Below are positions 29,860 to 39,729 of a DNA stretch of 64,000 bases, piece by piece. Position numbers and translations under genes: made by a program. Position 1 is the stretch's first letter. Every line of letters starts with the position of its first letter. Source of the DNA: a phage; NCBI GenBank assembly GCA_024682255.1, contig GCA_024682255.1_4716.1; one strand, written 5' to 3'. The notes under the pieces are model-generated. The model saw only the letters and a list, made by a program, of their open reading frames with translations, searched no databases and had not been told where the DNA came from.

Positions 29860-30636
29860 ATGGAAAAAGTATTTGTTTGTAAGTTGTTTACCAACGGCAA
29901 TAGCCAACCAATGTATCTGACCGATCCTGTTCTAGGTAATCGGAACAGTACCGTATTCAAAGAAGCTTTCGAATACGCTAAAAATAAAGCCGTGAGAACA
30001 CTGACGTCCGATGACTGTATCAATGGTATCACGTGGGCAGAGTTATTAGGTGATGCTGTTAGACACTTCGTTCGGGATGCAAGAAAACAGGAAATCGGTC
30101 TCACGACTATCGTTGTGCATGAAAACGCAGAAATTTTATCAAACGTTTTGGTTGATTTTAATGACGTTTGCGTGTTTAATCCAGAGAACACGTTTGAACA
30201 ATACCTTACTGCCCTGAACAACCAACTCGGTAAAGATATTCATCCCGAATTCGCCAAGTTAACGTATCAGGTACTTTTTGATAACGTCGATCCAAATACG
30301 AAGATCAATACCAGCACGTCACACCTGGTAAAGAAATACGGATCGGTTTTGGATAATCCATTAAAAGAACAAGAGCCTACTGGGGTTAGGGCGGTACATC
30401 ACAACCTCGTCGTTAAATCTGATGGATGCGATGAACATTACGCTATGATAAACGATGAAAACAATTACCGTTTAAGTCAAGCGATTGGTGTTCTACGCTA
30501 TACCGAACCCACTGTTGTAGACGATTATACATCGACAACAACACACACCACGTGTTTCATTTTCATCTATCCCAATGAAAGTGTATACATTACTGACTGC
30601 TATGGCAATACCGTAGATAGCTTACGTCGTTATTAA
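29860..30636 (+). CDS. hypothetical protein
   Basis: Track ORF 29842..30636 (TTG); in-frame ATG at 29860 preferred. Confidence 0.6.
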   Translation: MEKVFVCKLFTNGNSQPMYLTDPVLGNRNSTVFKEAFEYAKNKAVRTLTSDDCINGITWAELLGDAVRHFVRDARKQEIGLTTIVVHENAEILSNVLVDFNDVCVFNPENTFEQYLTALNNQLGKDIHPEFAKLTYQVLFDNVDPNTKINTSTSHLVKKYGSVLDNPLKEQEPTGVRAVHHNLVVKSDGCDEHYAMINDENNYRLSQAIGVLRYTEPTVVDDYTSTTTHTTCFIFIYPNESVYITDCYGNTVDSLRRY

Positions 30637-30642
30637 TCATCA

Positions 30643-30670
30643 AGCCTGTCCTTCGGGGCAGGCTTTTATG
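30643..30670 (+). terminator. rho-independent-type terminator AGCCTGTCC-TTCG-GGGCAGGCT + TTTTATG
   Basis: UUCG-tetraloop hairpin 7 nt after stop, followed by T-run. Confidence 0.65.
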
Positions 30671-30744
30671 CTGTTAAATATCAGGAATAAGAATTAACAA
30701 AATAGGAAAATGGTGTGAATATAACACAAAGGAGGGAGATGATT

Positions 30745-30861
30745 ATGTTACTCATTCTAATGGAGAGAGCGTTGCTGGCGGGTATCTGCGCATTCTCTGT
30801 TAAACACGCTGTTGCTATCATGGCTGAAGAAAGGCGTAATACGCATAATGTATTACGCTGA
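30745..30861 (+). CDS. small hydrophobic peptide (38 aa), not in ORF track
   Basis: Strong SD AAGGAGGGAG, then ATG 8 nt downstream; encodes MLLILMERALLAGICAFSVKHAVAIMAEERRNTHNVLR; single predicted TM helix. Confidence 0.35.
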   Translation: MLLILMERALLAGICAFSVKHAVAIMAEERRNTHNVLR

Positions 30862-30971
30862 AAACACTGTGTGCATTAGTGTATGACGAGAAATCGTCGA
30901 GGCCCCCGTCTTCACGAGGGCCAACACCTATGCATGATTATTCATCGTCTGTTAAACAAAAGGTTATAAAC

Positions 30972-31280
30972 ATGAGCAATTTGAACGTTGAATTTACTTC
31001 AACAACGCCTGTCATGAATGGTGTTGGCACTGAAACCAAAATCGTATTAGAACCCATTCCAGGGTTACGTGATCTCGGTGATTTTTATCCACTGATGCCG
31101 CGTATACGGAAGGCCTTAAACAGTATCGATCTTGATTCTAATAAAGATTTCCAACACGATACAGAAAATACCGATCATGTGTTGCTACCGTCAGGGATCG
31201 CAAAATTCACCTACACGCAAACATTGAAAGCCTCCGATGGTGAAATCCGTCGTTTTATCGTTGAAGTAGAAAGCGCATAA
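30972..31280 (+). CDS. hypothetical protein
   Basis: Track ORF 30879..31280 (GTG start overlapping a GC hairpin); internal ATG at 30972 chosen; start uncertain. Confidence 0.45.
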   Translation: MSNLNVEFTSTTPVMNGVGTETKIVLEPIPGLRDLGDFYPLMPRIRKALNSIDLDSNKDFQHDTENTDHVLLPSGIAKFTYTQTLKASDGEIRRFIVEVESA

Positions 31281-31284
31281 AAAC

Positions 31285-31316
31285 CATCCTCCCAACCCGT
31301 AAGGGAAGGGAGGATG
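31285..31316. terminator. GGAGG-family hairpin CATCCTCCC-AA-CCC-GTAA-GGG-AA-GGGAGGATG between convergent genes
   Basis: Inverted repeat between stops at 31280 (+) and 31334 (-). Confidence 0.55.
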
Positions 31317-31333
31317 AAATATGCCGTTAAACG

Positions 31334-31963
31334 TTATTCAACAAACCCCGCATTCAACAGATTGTCGTAAACACGATTAGCGACATCAACAGGAGAATGT
31401 GTGTTACTGGTATCTATACACAACGTTTTCGCGTCGCCGAGATAGTCCATAAAATCCATGTAACGATAACGTCGTTTATTGAATGTCGCTTCATCGATGT
31501 TATCAAACATCTGATGTTTAGCATGACGAACACGGAACCGTCTTAAATACGTAGGATAGTCAATATCCAGATAAACATAGTAAGACGGCATGATAATAGA
31601 CGGTAAGTTCGGCAACAACGCATCAAACAACTTAACGTTAGCATCATTAACCTGATAAACGTACGTCGAAGCAATCGAACGATCGCTAAGCACAGTCTTC
31701 CCTTCGTTAAGGGCTGGATGAATCACCTTGTTGAAGAGATGATTGCGTTGCGACATCATCGCCAATAGTTCGGTTTCTGGATCGAATCTGTTCGTTGGCG
31801 TCTGATCTTCCAGGATAAGTTTACGAATCGCTTCTCCGTAGAGTGTACCACCGGGTTCACGTACGACGCAGACGTTGTTTAAACGACTGTGTAAAGACGA
31901 GATAACCGAACTCTTTCCTGAATAATCCAGGCCTTCAATAACGATATATTTATTACGAGACAT
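31334..31963 (-). CDS. tmk: thymidylate kinase
   Basis: Track ORF 31334..31975 (TTG); start moved to ATG 31961-31963. KYIVIEGLDYSGKSS (cf. E. coli KYIVIEGLEGAGKTT), REPGGT, DR motif. Confidence 0.85.
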   Translation of the reverse strand: MSRNKYIVIEGLDYSGKSSVISSLHSRLNNVCVVREPGGTLYGEAIRKLILEDQTPTNRFDPETELLAMMSQRNHLFNKVIHPALNEGKTVLSDRSIASTYVYQVNDANVKLFDALLPNLPSIIMPSYYVYLDIDYPTYLRRFRVRHAKHQMFDNIDEATFNKRRYRYMDFMDYLGDAKTLCIDTSNTHSPVDVANRVYDNLLNAGFVE

Positions 31964-31979
31964 TCCCCGCTCCAATTAA

Positions 31980-33257
31980 CTATTTCGTTTTTGCCGTCAG
32001 CGGCTGCGATACCGTAATCTCCACCCGATCGACATCGGTACGTTTAACGATGATAAGGCTACGTTCATCACCGAATGGTTCTGAGACCTTACAAGCCTCT
32101 TTAAGATTTTCGAGAATCGTGCCATGGGGTTCAAACACCGCAAAACCGGAACTAGCATCGATTCTTATTAGACTTACACGCGTGCCGTTTACGGTGATGG
32201 TGTCATCCGTCTTGAATTCACAACAGGAGGGTAGGCGGAACTGACCATTAACGCAATTAGCTAAGTATGCCTCACCACCAAACATTTCTATTAATGTCAC
32301 CGGTTTGAATGTTTTCTCTGGGAAAGCATTATTAAGAATATCGTTTCCATTCACGAACCAGATCGTTACTTTATCTTCGGAATACGCTAGTCTGTACGGT
32401 TGGGTTGCGGACGCTTGCGCTTTATGCTGGTTAAATAACTTTGATTTTGTCGCAATCGCAGCACGACCTTCGGCGTCGAAGTACAGAACTTCATATCCTA
32501 CACATCCGATAAACACGCGACGGTTATTAAGTTCCGGAATTCTGACTAATAATGCTTCACCGTTGTATCCAGTAGGAACAATACCACGTAGGATGATAGA
32601 TTCATTGTTCAATACCGAATTTTTCATGGTGATGCTTCGCATTATCGCTGGCGTCACTATTTTATCTTCGACAGGTTCAAGCTGCTCTGCTGTTACAGTC
32701 ATGGATCTGTCTTCGTTTTCAACCGACCGATTAAAGACTATTTTATTAAGACAAACAATCGGTAGAATCCGGTCTACACACACGGTCTCATCGAAATGTG
32801 CAGGAAAGCGAAAAATATACGGAACAAAAACATCAATATCGTCGGTTGCTTTTTCAAGCATATTAGCATATTCAACTGCTTTAGAACGACCGTTGAGAAG
32901 AATAACCGCATAGATAACACTATCTTCCAACCATGCGCGGGTCGTACGCCCGATAATACGATTGGTGTCTATTTCAGCGCGCTGAGACTCCGGCGACCAC
33001 TTTACTGAGTTGACACCATCTACAACCACGTCGGCACCATCATCACACAAACTTCGTATGAACCGACTGACGGTCGCTGCATCGATCTGAATCCCAGCAA
33101 CCTCAATTTTCATCAATGGGATAACAAACTCATTATTACCGCACTTCTTTGCTCCGCGAATAATAGGAGTACTCTTCTTGTTTTCACCCGACCCCCAGAT
33201 AACTTTAGTCATTTTCTGTTTCCTTCTGAGTTTTGTACTAAGCTCTGACGACATCAT
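31980..33257 (-). CDS. hypothetical protein
   Basis: Track ORF, 425 aa; no recognisable motif. Confidence 0.6.
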   Translation of the reverse strand: MMSSELSTKLRRKQKMTKVIWGSGENKKSTPIIRGAKKCGNNEFVIPLMKIEVAGIQIDAATVSRFIRSLCDDGADVVVDGVNSVKWSPESQRAEIDTNRIIGRTTRAWLEDSVIYAVILLNGRSKAVEYANMLEKATDDIDVFVPYIFRFPAHFDETVCVDRILPIVCLNKIVFNRSVENEDRSMTVTAEQLEPVEDKIVTPAIMRSITMKNSVLNNESIILRGIVPTGYNGEALLVRIPELNNRRVFIGCVGYEVLYFDAEGRAAIATKSKLFNQHKAQASATQPYRLAYSEDKVTIWFVNGNDILNNAFPEKTFKPVTLIEMFGGEAYLANCVNGQFRLPSCCEFKTDDTITVNGTRVSLIRIDASSGFAVFEPHGTILENLKEACKVSEPFGDERSLIIVKRTDVDRVEITVSQPLTAKTK

Positions 33258-33868
33258 CGACGTTTCGTACCGACCTTCCCGTTTCGATGGTCATCAAGAA
33301 TACGCCATTCTTCGAACAGGAGTTCAGCAGCGAAATAACCTACGGCGATGCTGTCTATTGCATGCTCATCAAGATTCGCTAACACAACACCGTTCTTGGG
33401 TGTGATGTTCATGAGGTTCAATACTTTCTGGCGAACATCGTCCTTACCAACACGGGACGTCATAATCCCAACAGCGCGCTTTGCGCTTCGGTTATCAACC
33501 CCTAAGAAAGACACCGTAGGATCAAAATCGATAACCGTTGTCTGAATCGCTGAAAACAGCTCGCTGAGCGCCATACCGCTTTGCTTGAAACGACCGATGA
33601 ACGGTGTCTCACAAGCGACCGCTTGCGGCTGGTACTCTTGCAATAACGTTGTCAGCGAACGACGGTGTTCTTGGATACGTGCGGCACGATTACCGTATCC
33701 AAGCGCAATATCGCCATCGGGATCATATCGACGTGAAGCGTGCCATGTCCCCGCATACAGCAGTTCAATATCTTCGACACGCACGTCCAAACGTAGTAAC
33801 GACGCACCGAGCGTATCGGTGCCAGGGTCGATTGCCAGAATATCGTAAGCGTATTCTGGTGGGATCAT
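33254..33868 (-). CDS. RuvC-like Holliday junction resolvase
   Basis: Track ORF 33254..33895; likely start is ATG 33866-33868 (ATGA overlap). Motifs ILAIDPGTDTLGA, ACETPF, DEHAIDSIAVGY. Confidence 0.7.
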   Translation of the reverse strand: MIPPEYAYDILAIDPGTDTLGASLLRLDVRVEDIELLYAGTWHASRRYDPDGDIALGYGNRAARIQEHRRSLTTLLQEYQPQAVACETPFIGRFKQSGMALSELFSAIQTTVIDFDPTVSFLGVDNRSAKRAVGIMTSRVGKDDVRQKVLNLMNITPKNGVVLANLDEHAIDSIAVGYFAAELLFEEWRILDDHRNGKVGTKRR

Positions 33869-34680
33869 GGTGTTACAACAGCCTCTACTGACCATGGGAA
33901 GGTTTTCGCAATAACGCCTTCCAGGAAGCGTTCAACTTCGGCTTGCTCATACACCGAAAGCTTTTCAAACGGTGTTTGGTCTTCGGTTAAACCTACCGCA
34001 TGAATAGGACCCAGGTCTTTAACCAGGGTAACTTCGCCTTTAACGCCTTCGCGTTTAACGATGATCGCGTGGTCATTAACCTTAGGATCATACAACACAC
34101 GCATCATGGTTACCGCGTCATCCGGTTCATAACCGAAATCGATAGCGACACGAGCATTCGTCCCTTCATCGTCCAGAAGCTTGCTTAGCGCTTTACAACG
34201 GTCTTCAATCCAATCCAACGCAACCACGGTTTCTTGGCGTAGCTGAACCTCAACTTCTTTTCCTTGTTCGTCGATACGTTTCACGGTAACAAAATCGTGT
34301 AATAAACGGTCAGGGAGGAGGGAAGCGATAAGCTCAACGTTGGGTTCAGGTTTTTCGTTTTCCAGAATGATGGTCGCTTGTGCGTCCAAATGTTCTTTAA
34401 AACGGATGTAACGTGTTAATCGAAGAACTTCGTCTTGGGATTTTGCGTCTTCAGGAATAATCTCCGTCATGACGTTATAGATCTTTTCAGCGAACGTCGG
34501 AATGACGGTGATTGTAATTCGTGCTGGCGTACCACGCTCTTGGTACTCATCGGCTAACTTCTTCGCCATCCCGTTAAAATAAGTCTGGAGAAACGGTTGC
34601 TGTGTTAAAAACATTTTCTCCAGATCGGAATAGCGATGCTTGCGTGCGTGGCCTAGCTTCTTCATGGGCTTTTTCATCAA
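33865..34680 (-). CDS. hypothetical protein
   Basis: Track ORF, 271 aa; no Mre11/SbcD phosphoesterase motifs. Confidence 0.6.
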   Translation of the reverse strand: MMKKPMKKLGHARKHRYSDLEKMFLTQQPFLQTYFNGMAKKLADEYQERGTPARITITVIPTFAEKIYNVMTEIIPEDAKSQDEVLRLTRYIRFKEHLDAQATIILENEKPEPNVELIASLLPDRLLHDFVTVKRIDEQGKEVEVQLRQETVVALDWIEDRCKALSKLLDDEGTNARVAIDFGYEPDDAVTMMRVLYDPKVNDHAIIVKREGVKGEVTLVKDLGPIHAVGLTEDQTPFEKLSVYEQAEVERFLEGVIAKTFPWSVEAVVTP

Positions 34681-34698
34681 CAGAAATCCTTATTTGTC

Positions 34699-37155
34699 TT
34701 AAATAATCGTGACGTGTTCGTTATATGTTTCAGGGAGAATGATGTTCGTTTTATCAAGAACCATACACTCGGCTTTACGGAATGACGCATGGTTGATTAC
34801 ATAGTGGCTGATGAACCACACTTGGCTTACACGGTGACCATCAACCAGACGACGAACAAAATCCATGGCATTAGATTGGTGCTGAGGATCAAATGTTGAT
34901 GCAAATTCATCTAACATCAACGGATAATCCGTGAACCCTTTGTAGTGCATCATCGCGATGATGAACGCGATGTTGATAATTTCCTTTTGTCCCTTACTCC
35001 CACAAACAATATCTTTTCGCGGTGTCGGATACTTCTCAGTTAAAAGCGGAAAACGATAGTTCAATCCTTGCGCGTCGATAGCACACGGAAGTATCTGAAG
35101 TTGGTATTCCCAAATACTCGCAATGATACCGTTCATGTACTCAACGAACGCGTTGATGGGACCCGCAATTGTTTCGGCAATCAGTCCGTTAGATGGACTT
35201 AACTCATCCAGAACAAGTTGTGCATAACCGAGTTGTTCTTCCACCTCTTTTTGTGTCGTTTCCAGCTGAGCCAGAAGCTGTTGGTCGGTTTTAGCTTCTT
35301 GTAGTTGCTGTTCGACATGACTTATTCGACGAACCGTATCAGACATCGCAGCACGTAACGATTTCGTGTAGAGGTGTTGCAGATACTCTAACCACAGTTG
35401 GGTTAACGCTTTATCGCTGTTATCAGAACGCACTTGATCTTCCATAATCGCCGTAATGGTTTCCAATCTACCTTCCGTAGCTGTAATGGCTTGTGTTAAC
35501 CGCTCAACGGTTGTTAACAACTCTGTCCTGTTCTTATAAAGCAATTCCCGACGTTGCTGTAACGGTTCAACATCAACTGCTTGTACACGTTCGAGCATGC
35601 CTTGAAGATGCTTCCGTTCTTGCTCGGCTTGTGTGTAACGCGCAAGTTTCTCGAACGCAAGCAACCAATCGTTAATGATTCCAATACTGCGGAATCCTAA
35701 ACCGTTTTTACGTCCTTCTTCCAGCAGATTATCCCACATGGGTTTAATGGCGTAATAATCCTTCGTCCAACGCGTTAACTGACGATGCTGTTCCATCCAG
35801 AGCGTATAGCGCTGAACCTTCTCGCTAAGCTCAGCTAACGATTTTTCTTGCTCTTCAACCCAAGCACGGCCCTTCTGAATACGCTGTTCAATACCCGCTT
35901 TGCTGGTCTTTTCTGTTTCACCAACATGAAAGCGATAGTTGCATTTTGGACAGCTGGTCTGGGGTTGATGGTTAAGGTGGTCGAGATGCGCTTCCAAATC
36001 GGCTAACGCATGTTTCGCGTTACGCAAACGCATTCTTGCCGCCTCTTCCTCCTTGATGTAAGCTTCAGCATCGTAGACGTGATAGGTGTTGTCGGTATCA
36101 ATCCATTCTTGGAGTAATTCCGTTAATGGAGCCTGAACTTGCGTGAGCTGCTGTAAACAAACCGCAGCGTCCAGATTCATCGTTAAAAGCTCACCTGGAT
36201 GATCATGCTGGAGTTGTTCGTCCAAACGTGCAAGGCGGGCTTTAATCTGATCGATATCACCTTCTCCAGACTGTTTCAACTGGTCAAGGATATTATCGAT
36301 GCCCAACAGCTCGTCAACCTGACTTTCGAGTTTCGCGTTCGCATTCGCGAGTTGTTCTCTTAGTTCTGCCAGATTCTGCTGTTCTTGTTGCGATGTTCCT
36401 CCTTGGTAACGAACAACCGCACGAAGAAGCTCGCGATTAAAATGATGGGCACGTTGTGCGGATTCCAGAAGCTGTCGTTGATCAACATCGCTGTCAAATA
36501 ACGGCAATCCCATCATCGCTTCGAGCGCTGAGCGTTGCTGTTTTAACTCTGCTTCCAATCCCTGGTGGTCGGTGCCCGTGTATTTCGCTTCAATGCGTTG
36601 TGATGTTTCAACCAACTTATTCAGTGTATGTTCGTTCACCGCTTTCAGTGAACGTACTTGTTGCTTAACAACCTGAAACAACTCGAGCGCGTAATCGACG
36701 TTAACCGGACATATCTGCGTTAATCGTTCACGACGTTTCATCGGCCCCATTTCGGTGAACTGGTAAGCTGTTTCGTAACCTAACAACAAACGAATGGTAT
36801 CGTCATTAAGTTCGAAATGTTCTTCAATCAGTTTCCATTGGGCCGGTTGTGTGCCACCACCGTTCAGGTTCTCGCTGTCGTTAACGTAGAACTCATGCTT
36901 AAACCCTTTTTCTAAACGACTGATAAGACGGTATTGTTTATTACGGTGTTCACAGCGGTACTCGTAATACCCGTCTTTATCAAAATCGGCACGCTCAGGA
37001 ACGGTCGGATACAGCAAAGGCAATAGACTACTCTTACCGGAACCATTACTGCCTAAAATGAGTTGTACGGGATTATCTGGCCGGATGACCAGCTCCCGAA
37101 TCATCCCGGTATCAAAACGATTGAATCCACGTAAGTGGAGATAGGTGCATCGCAT
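34699..37155 (-). CDS. SbcC/Rad50-like SMC-family ATPase
   Basis: Track ORF 34699..37218; M22 (ATG 37153-37155) may be the true start because the first 21 codons overlap two hairpins. Walker A LGSNGSGKSSLL, long coiled coil, zinc-hook CPKCNY, C-terminal Walker B/D-loop LMLDEFASTFD. Confidence 0.8.
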   Translation of the reverse strand: MRCTYLHLRGFNRFDTGMIRELVIRPDNPVQLILGSNGSGKSSLLPLLYPTVPERADFDKDGYYEYRCEHRNKQYRLISRLEKGFKHEFYVNDSENLNGGGTQPAQWKLIEEHFELNDDTIRLLLGYETAYQFTEMGPMKRRERLTQICPVNVDYALELFQVVKQQVRSLKAVNEHTLNKLVETSQRIEAKYTGTDHQGLEAELKQQRSALEAMMGLPLFDSDVDQRQLLESAQRAHHFNRELLRAVVRYQGGTSQQEQQNLAELREQLANANAKLESQVDELLGIDNILDQLKQSGEGDIDQIKARLARLDEQLQHDHPGELLTMNLDAAVCLQQLTQVQAPLTELLQEWIDTDNTYHVYDAEAYIKEEEAARMRLRNAKHALADLEAHLDHLNHQPQTSCPKCNYRFHVGETEKTSKAGIEQRIQKGRAWVEEQEKSLAELSEKVQRYTLWMEQHRQLTRWTKDYYAIKPMWDNLLEEGRKNGLGFRSIGIINDWLLAFEKLARYTQAEQERKHLQGMLERVQAVDVEPLQQRRELLYKNRTELLTTVERLTQAITATEGRLETITAIMEDQVRSDNSDKALTQLWLEYLQHLYTKSLRAAMSDTVRRISHVEQQLQEAKTDQQLLAQLETTQKEVEEQLGYAQLVLDELSPSNGLIAETIAGPINAFVEYMNGIIASIWEYQLQILPCAIDAQGLNYRFPLLTEKYPTPRKDIVCGSKGQKEIINIAFIIAMMHYKGFTDYPLMLDEFASTFDPQHQSNAMDFVRRLVDGHRVSQVWFISHYVINHASFRKAECMVLDKTNIILPETYNEHVTII

Positions 37156-37269
37156 GCTATGATAATCCTTCTTCGATACCTTCTGAACCACGGGTTCAGA
37201 ATGCGAAGCTGAAGACATACTTCAGCGTTATTTTCTATATCGTTATTTAAATCAGTAGGAGATTACAGC

Positions 37270-38358
37270 ATGAGCGACCTGGCAACAGACAATCGCACAA
37301 AAGGGAGTCAGCTAGCTCCAGACAACAACGTAAGCGTTTTCCGTATCTATGCCTTGGGTACTGTTGCTGCCGACTTTTCCAATAAAAGTCTGGAGGAAGA
37401 TCCTAACCAAACGCTGGAGGTCTTTCTTGATGAGATGATGTCAGGCGCTGATGGGAAAGTTGAAGCGGCGGGAAGCGTTAAAGAAGTCAGTGCAACAGAC
37501 GCTCAAGGGAACAGCTATACGGCGAAAGCGGCAACAACAACCAGCGTACAGTGTTACTGGTTACCTTTCGGCAGTAACCGGATGACAGCACCTAACTTGA
37601 GGAAAGGTCAGCGTGTGGTGGTTTGGCGAACCGCGGATGAAGAACAACTCTACTGGCAACCCAAAGGTGGGGATAGTGAGCTGATGACCATGGAATCGGT
37701 TATCCTCACCGTCAGCGCACGTCCTAGCGCTAAGAAGGACCGTAAATCGATTTCAACGGAAGACTGCTATTACCTAATGGTTGATACCTTTCTTAAGAAA
37801 GCGGTTATCGGTACCAGCGCACAGCTTGGTGAAGTTACCCAAGTTTACATGGAACTTAATCTGGACGAGGGTTACCTACAGGTTGCGGACAGCGTTCATC
37901 AAAATCTGCTGTTACTCCATTTCGTTGAACATATGCTGCGTTATCAAAACCAGGACGACAGCATCATCGACGTGACAAAAAAGAACATCACATTCCAATG
38001 CGAGGATACGCTCAAAGCAATTGCTAAGAACGATATCCGAATGAAAGCAAAAAACATTTATACCGAATGTGAGAACTTCGAGCGTACCAGCAAAACAGAA
38101 AGCGTTACGAGTCAGAATGTTTCTTTGAAGTGTGATCGTTACACCGCGCAAGTATCAGGACAGACCACGTTTAAATGTCCGAATACGGTATTCACTGGAG
38201 CTGTAAGCTTCACAGGTGAAGACGGAAACACGATGACGTTGAATGGGAACTTCATACACATCGCAGGCTCTTGGCGTTCACCAACCGGAACAAACGTATA
38301 CACTCACGACCACGGTGGCGTTAAATCCGGTAGTAGTAGAACCGACCCGTTCCAATAA
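37270..38358 (+). CDS. hypothetical protein
   Basis: Track ORF, 362 aa; ATG with AGGAGA SD. Confidence 0.6.
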   Translation: MSDLATDNRTKGSQLAPDNNVSVFRIYALGTVAADFSNKSLEEDPNQTLEVFLDEMMSGADGKVEAAGSVKEVSATDAQGNSYTAKAATTTSVQCYWLPFGSNRMTAPNLRKGQRVVVWRTADEEQLYWQPKGGDSELMTMESVILTVSARPSAKKDRKSISTEDCYYLMVDTFLKKAVIGTSAQLGEVTQVYMELNLDEGYLQVADSVHQNLLLLHFVEHMLRYQNQDDSIIDVTKKNITFQCEDTLKAIAKNDIRMKAKNIYTECENFERTSKTESVTSQNVSLKCDRYTAQVSGQTTFKCPNTVFTGAVSFTGEDGNTMTLNGNFIHIAGSWRSPTGTNVYTHDHGGVKSGSSRTDPFQ

Positions 38359-38379
38359 AAAAAAAGAAATGCTATACAA

Positions 38380-38414
38380 CCTCCTTCCCTAGCCATCAAG
38401 GCCGGGGAAGGAGG
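38380..38414. terminator. GGAGG-family hairpin CCTCCTTCCC ... GGGAAGGAGG flanked by A-run and T-run
   Basis: 10-bp stem; A9 upstream and T-rich downstream; between convergent stops 38358 (+) and 38430 (-). Confidence 0.6.
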
Positions 38415-38429
38415 ATTATAGTTTATTTA

Positions 38430-38819
38430 TTAACGCGTTGCGTTCTGGATGATTTCTTTTCCGATCTTAACCAAAGCGGGTATCTGCACAGCGGTTGCGC
38501 CTCGATGACGAAACGCGGTCGTTAACGCAGTATCGATACTCACCGCACGTCCATGAAGACGATCGAAATAGACTTGAGTGATTGCGGTAGCGTAATCCTT
38601 TCGCTGTTTCTTGGTTTGGCTCAACAGCGCCGCACTACGACTAACGATGAAGTAAGCGATTAAGAAGAACGCCGCTGACCGCGAACCAGGTAGAAAACCT
38701 TGTCGCTTAGGAAGCATCTCACAATCGCGAACAGAATTATCGTTCGCGAGCTCTTCCATGTCAACACGGCATAATTTTGCATAGGTGTGGAGATAGTGGG
38801 TAAAAGTTGAATTTAACAT
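38430..38819 (-). CDS. hypothetical protein (one predicted TM segment)
   Basis: Track ORF, 129 aa. Confidence 0.5.
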   Translation of the reverse strand: MLNSTFTHYLHTYAKLCRVDMEELANDNSVRDCEMLPKRQGFLPGSRSAAFFLIAYFIVSRSAALLSQTKKQRKDYATAITQVYFDRLHGRAVSIDTALTTAFRHRGATAVQIPALVKIGKEIIQNATR

Positions 38820-38924
38820 TTTCTTTCCTCGATTACAATGAGTTCAATGTATAGCTTAAACGTCACAGAACGACGTATAACGGTTTGTTTTAATTTCTAA
38901 GGGGTTTCCTTATCTACGATTGAA

Positions 38925-39287
38925 TTAAAGCGTTCTGAAGAGTTCTGTAGCGTTCTCGTCACGTAAACAGGCTTCGTTCAACAATTCAGCTAACAGCTTC
39001 GACCGAACTTCAACAAATGTCCTGAGGCGATGCTCCCATTCTAAACGGATAGTGTAAGTATTATCCAGGTTTTTGTAGTCAACGACAGATACCGAGCAGC
39101 GGGGTTCACGTTTGTTCACAGCATCCCAAACATCACGGATAACCGTCACGCCTTTCTTGGTACACGTAAACGTTAAAATAAAGCGATTATTCGCTGCTTC
39201 TTCACGGACATGACTAAATTCACTTCGTAACGATGAGACTTTGATAAGTCGGTCAATAGCTAACGATAAACCGATACGTTGTTGCAT
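38925..39287 (-). CDS. hypothetical protein
   Basis: Track ORF, 120 aa. Confidence 0.5.
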   Translation of the reverse strand: MQQRIGLSLAIDRLIKVSSLRSEFSHVREEAANNRFILTFTCTKKGVTVIRDVWDAVNKREPRCSVSVVDYKNLDNTYTIRLEWEHRLRTFVEVRSKLLAELLNEACLRDENATELFRTL

Positions 39288-39288
39288 A

Positions 39289-39714
39289 TCAAATCCCCTC
39301 TTTCAGAATCTCATTAAGACCGTCAGTAATCCAGTCGAACTTCGTCTTAATCATGGCTGGGTTCAATCCATATACTTCCCACACAAGCTGGGGTTTATGT
39401 GTTCCATCGTCCAAACAAAGCACATCGATTGAGAGTACCATACCACCCGTCAATTTCATGTTCTCGCAACTACGAAGATATGCGGATTCTAGCAATACTT
39501 TCCCTAACGCAGTGCAAGCAAATGTTAACCGGGAAGAGTACAGGTACGATGACGTTTTACAGTAGGTTGCTGATATCGGTTGAATATGTTTGCGGAGTTT
39601 GGCGTCTTCACGTAAAAGCAATAACGTGTGATGTAACCGCGTATGCTCGGTAACCGATGAGCTATACTCACCGATACACTCTTCGGCGACTGATTTAGGC
39701 CATTTAATTTTCAT
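39289..39714 (-). CDS. hypothetical protein (paralog of 39730..40173)
   Basis: Track ORF; N-terminus MKIKWPKSVAEE vs MEIKFCKSIAIV in the neighbour. Confidence 0.5.
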   Translation of the reverse strand: MKIKWPKSVAEECIGEYSSSVTEHTRLHHTLLLLREDAKLRKHIQPISATYCKTSSYLYSSRLTFACTALGKVLLESAYLRSCENMKLTGGMVLSIDVLCLDDGTHKPQLVWEVYGLNPAMIKTKFDWITDGLNEILKEGI

Positions 39715-39729
39715 GTTCGATTCCTCGTA

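Noticed and set aside
33865-34680. SbcD/Mre11 nuclease partner of SbcC
   Set aside because: No calcineurin-like phosphoesterase motifs (D-x-H, GDxxD, GNHE) are visible in the 271-aa product.
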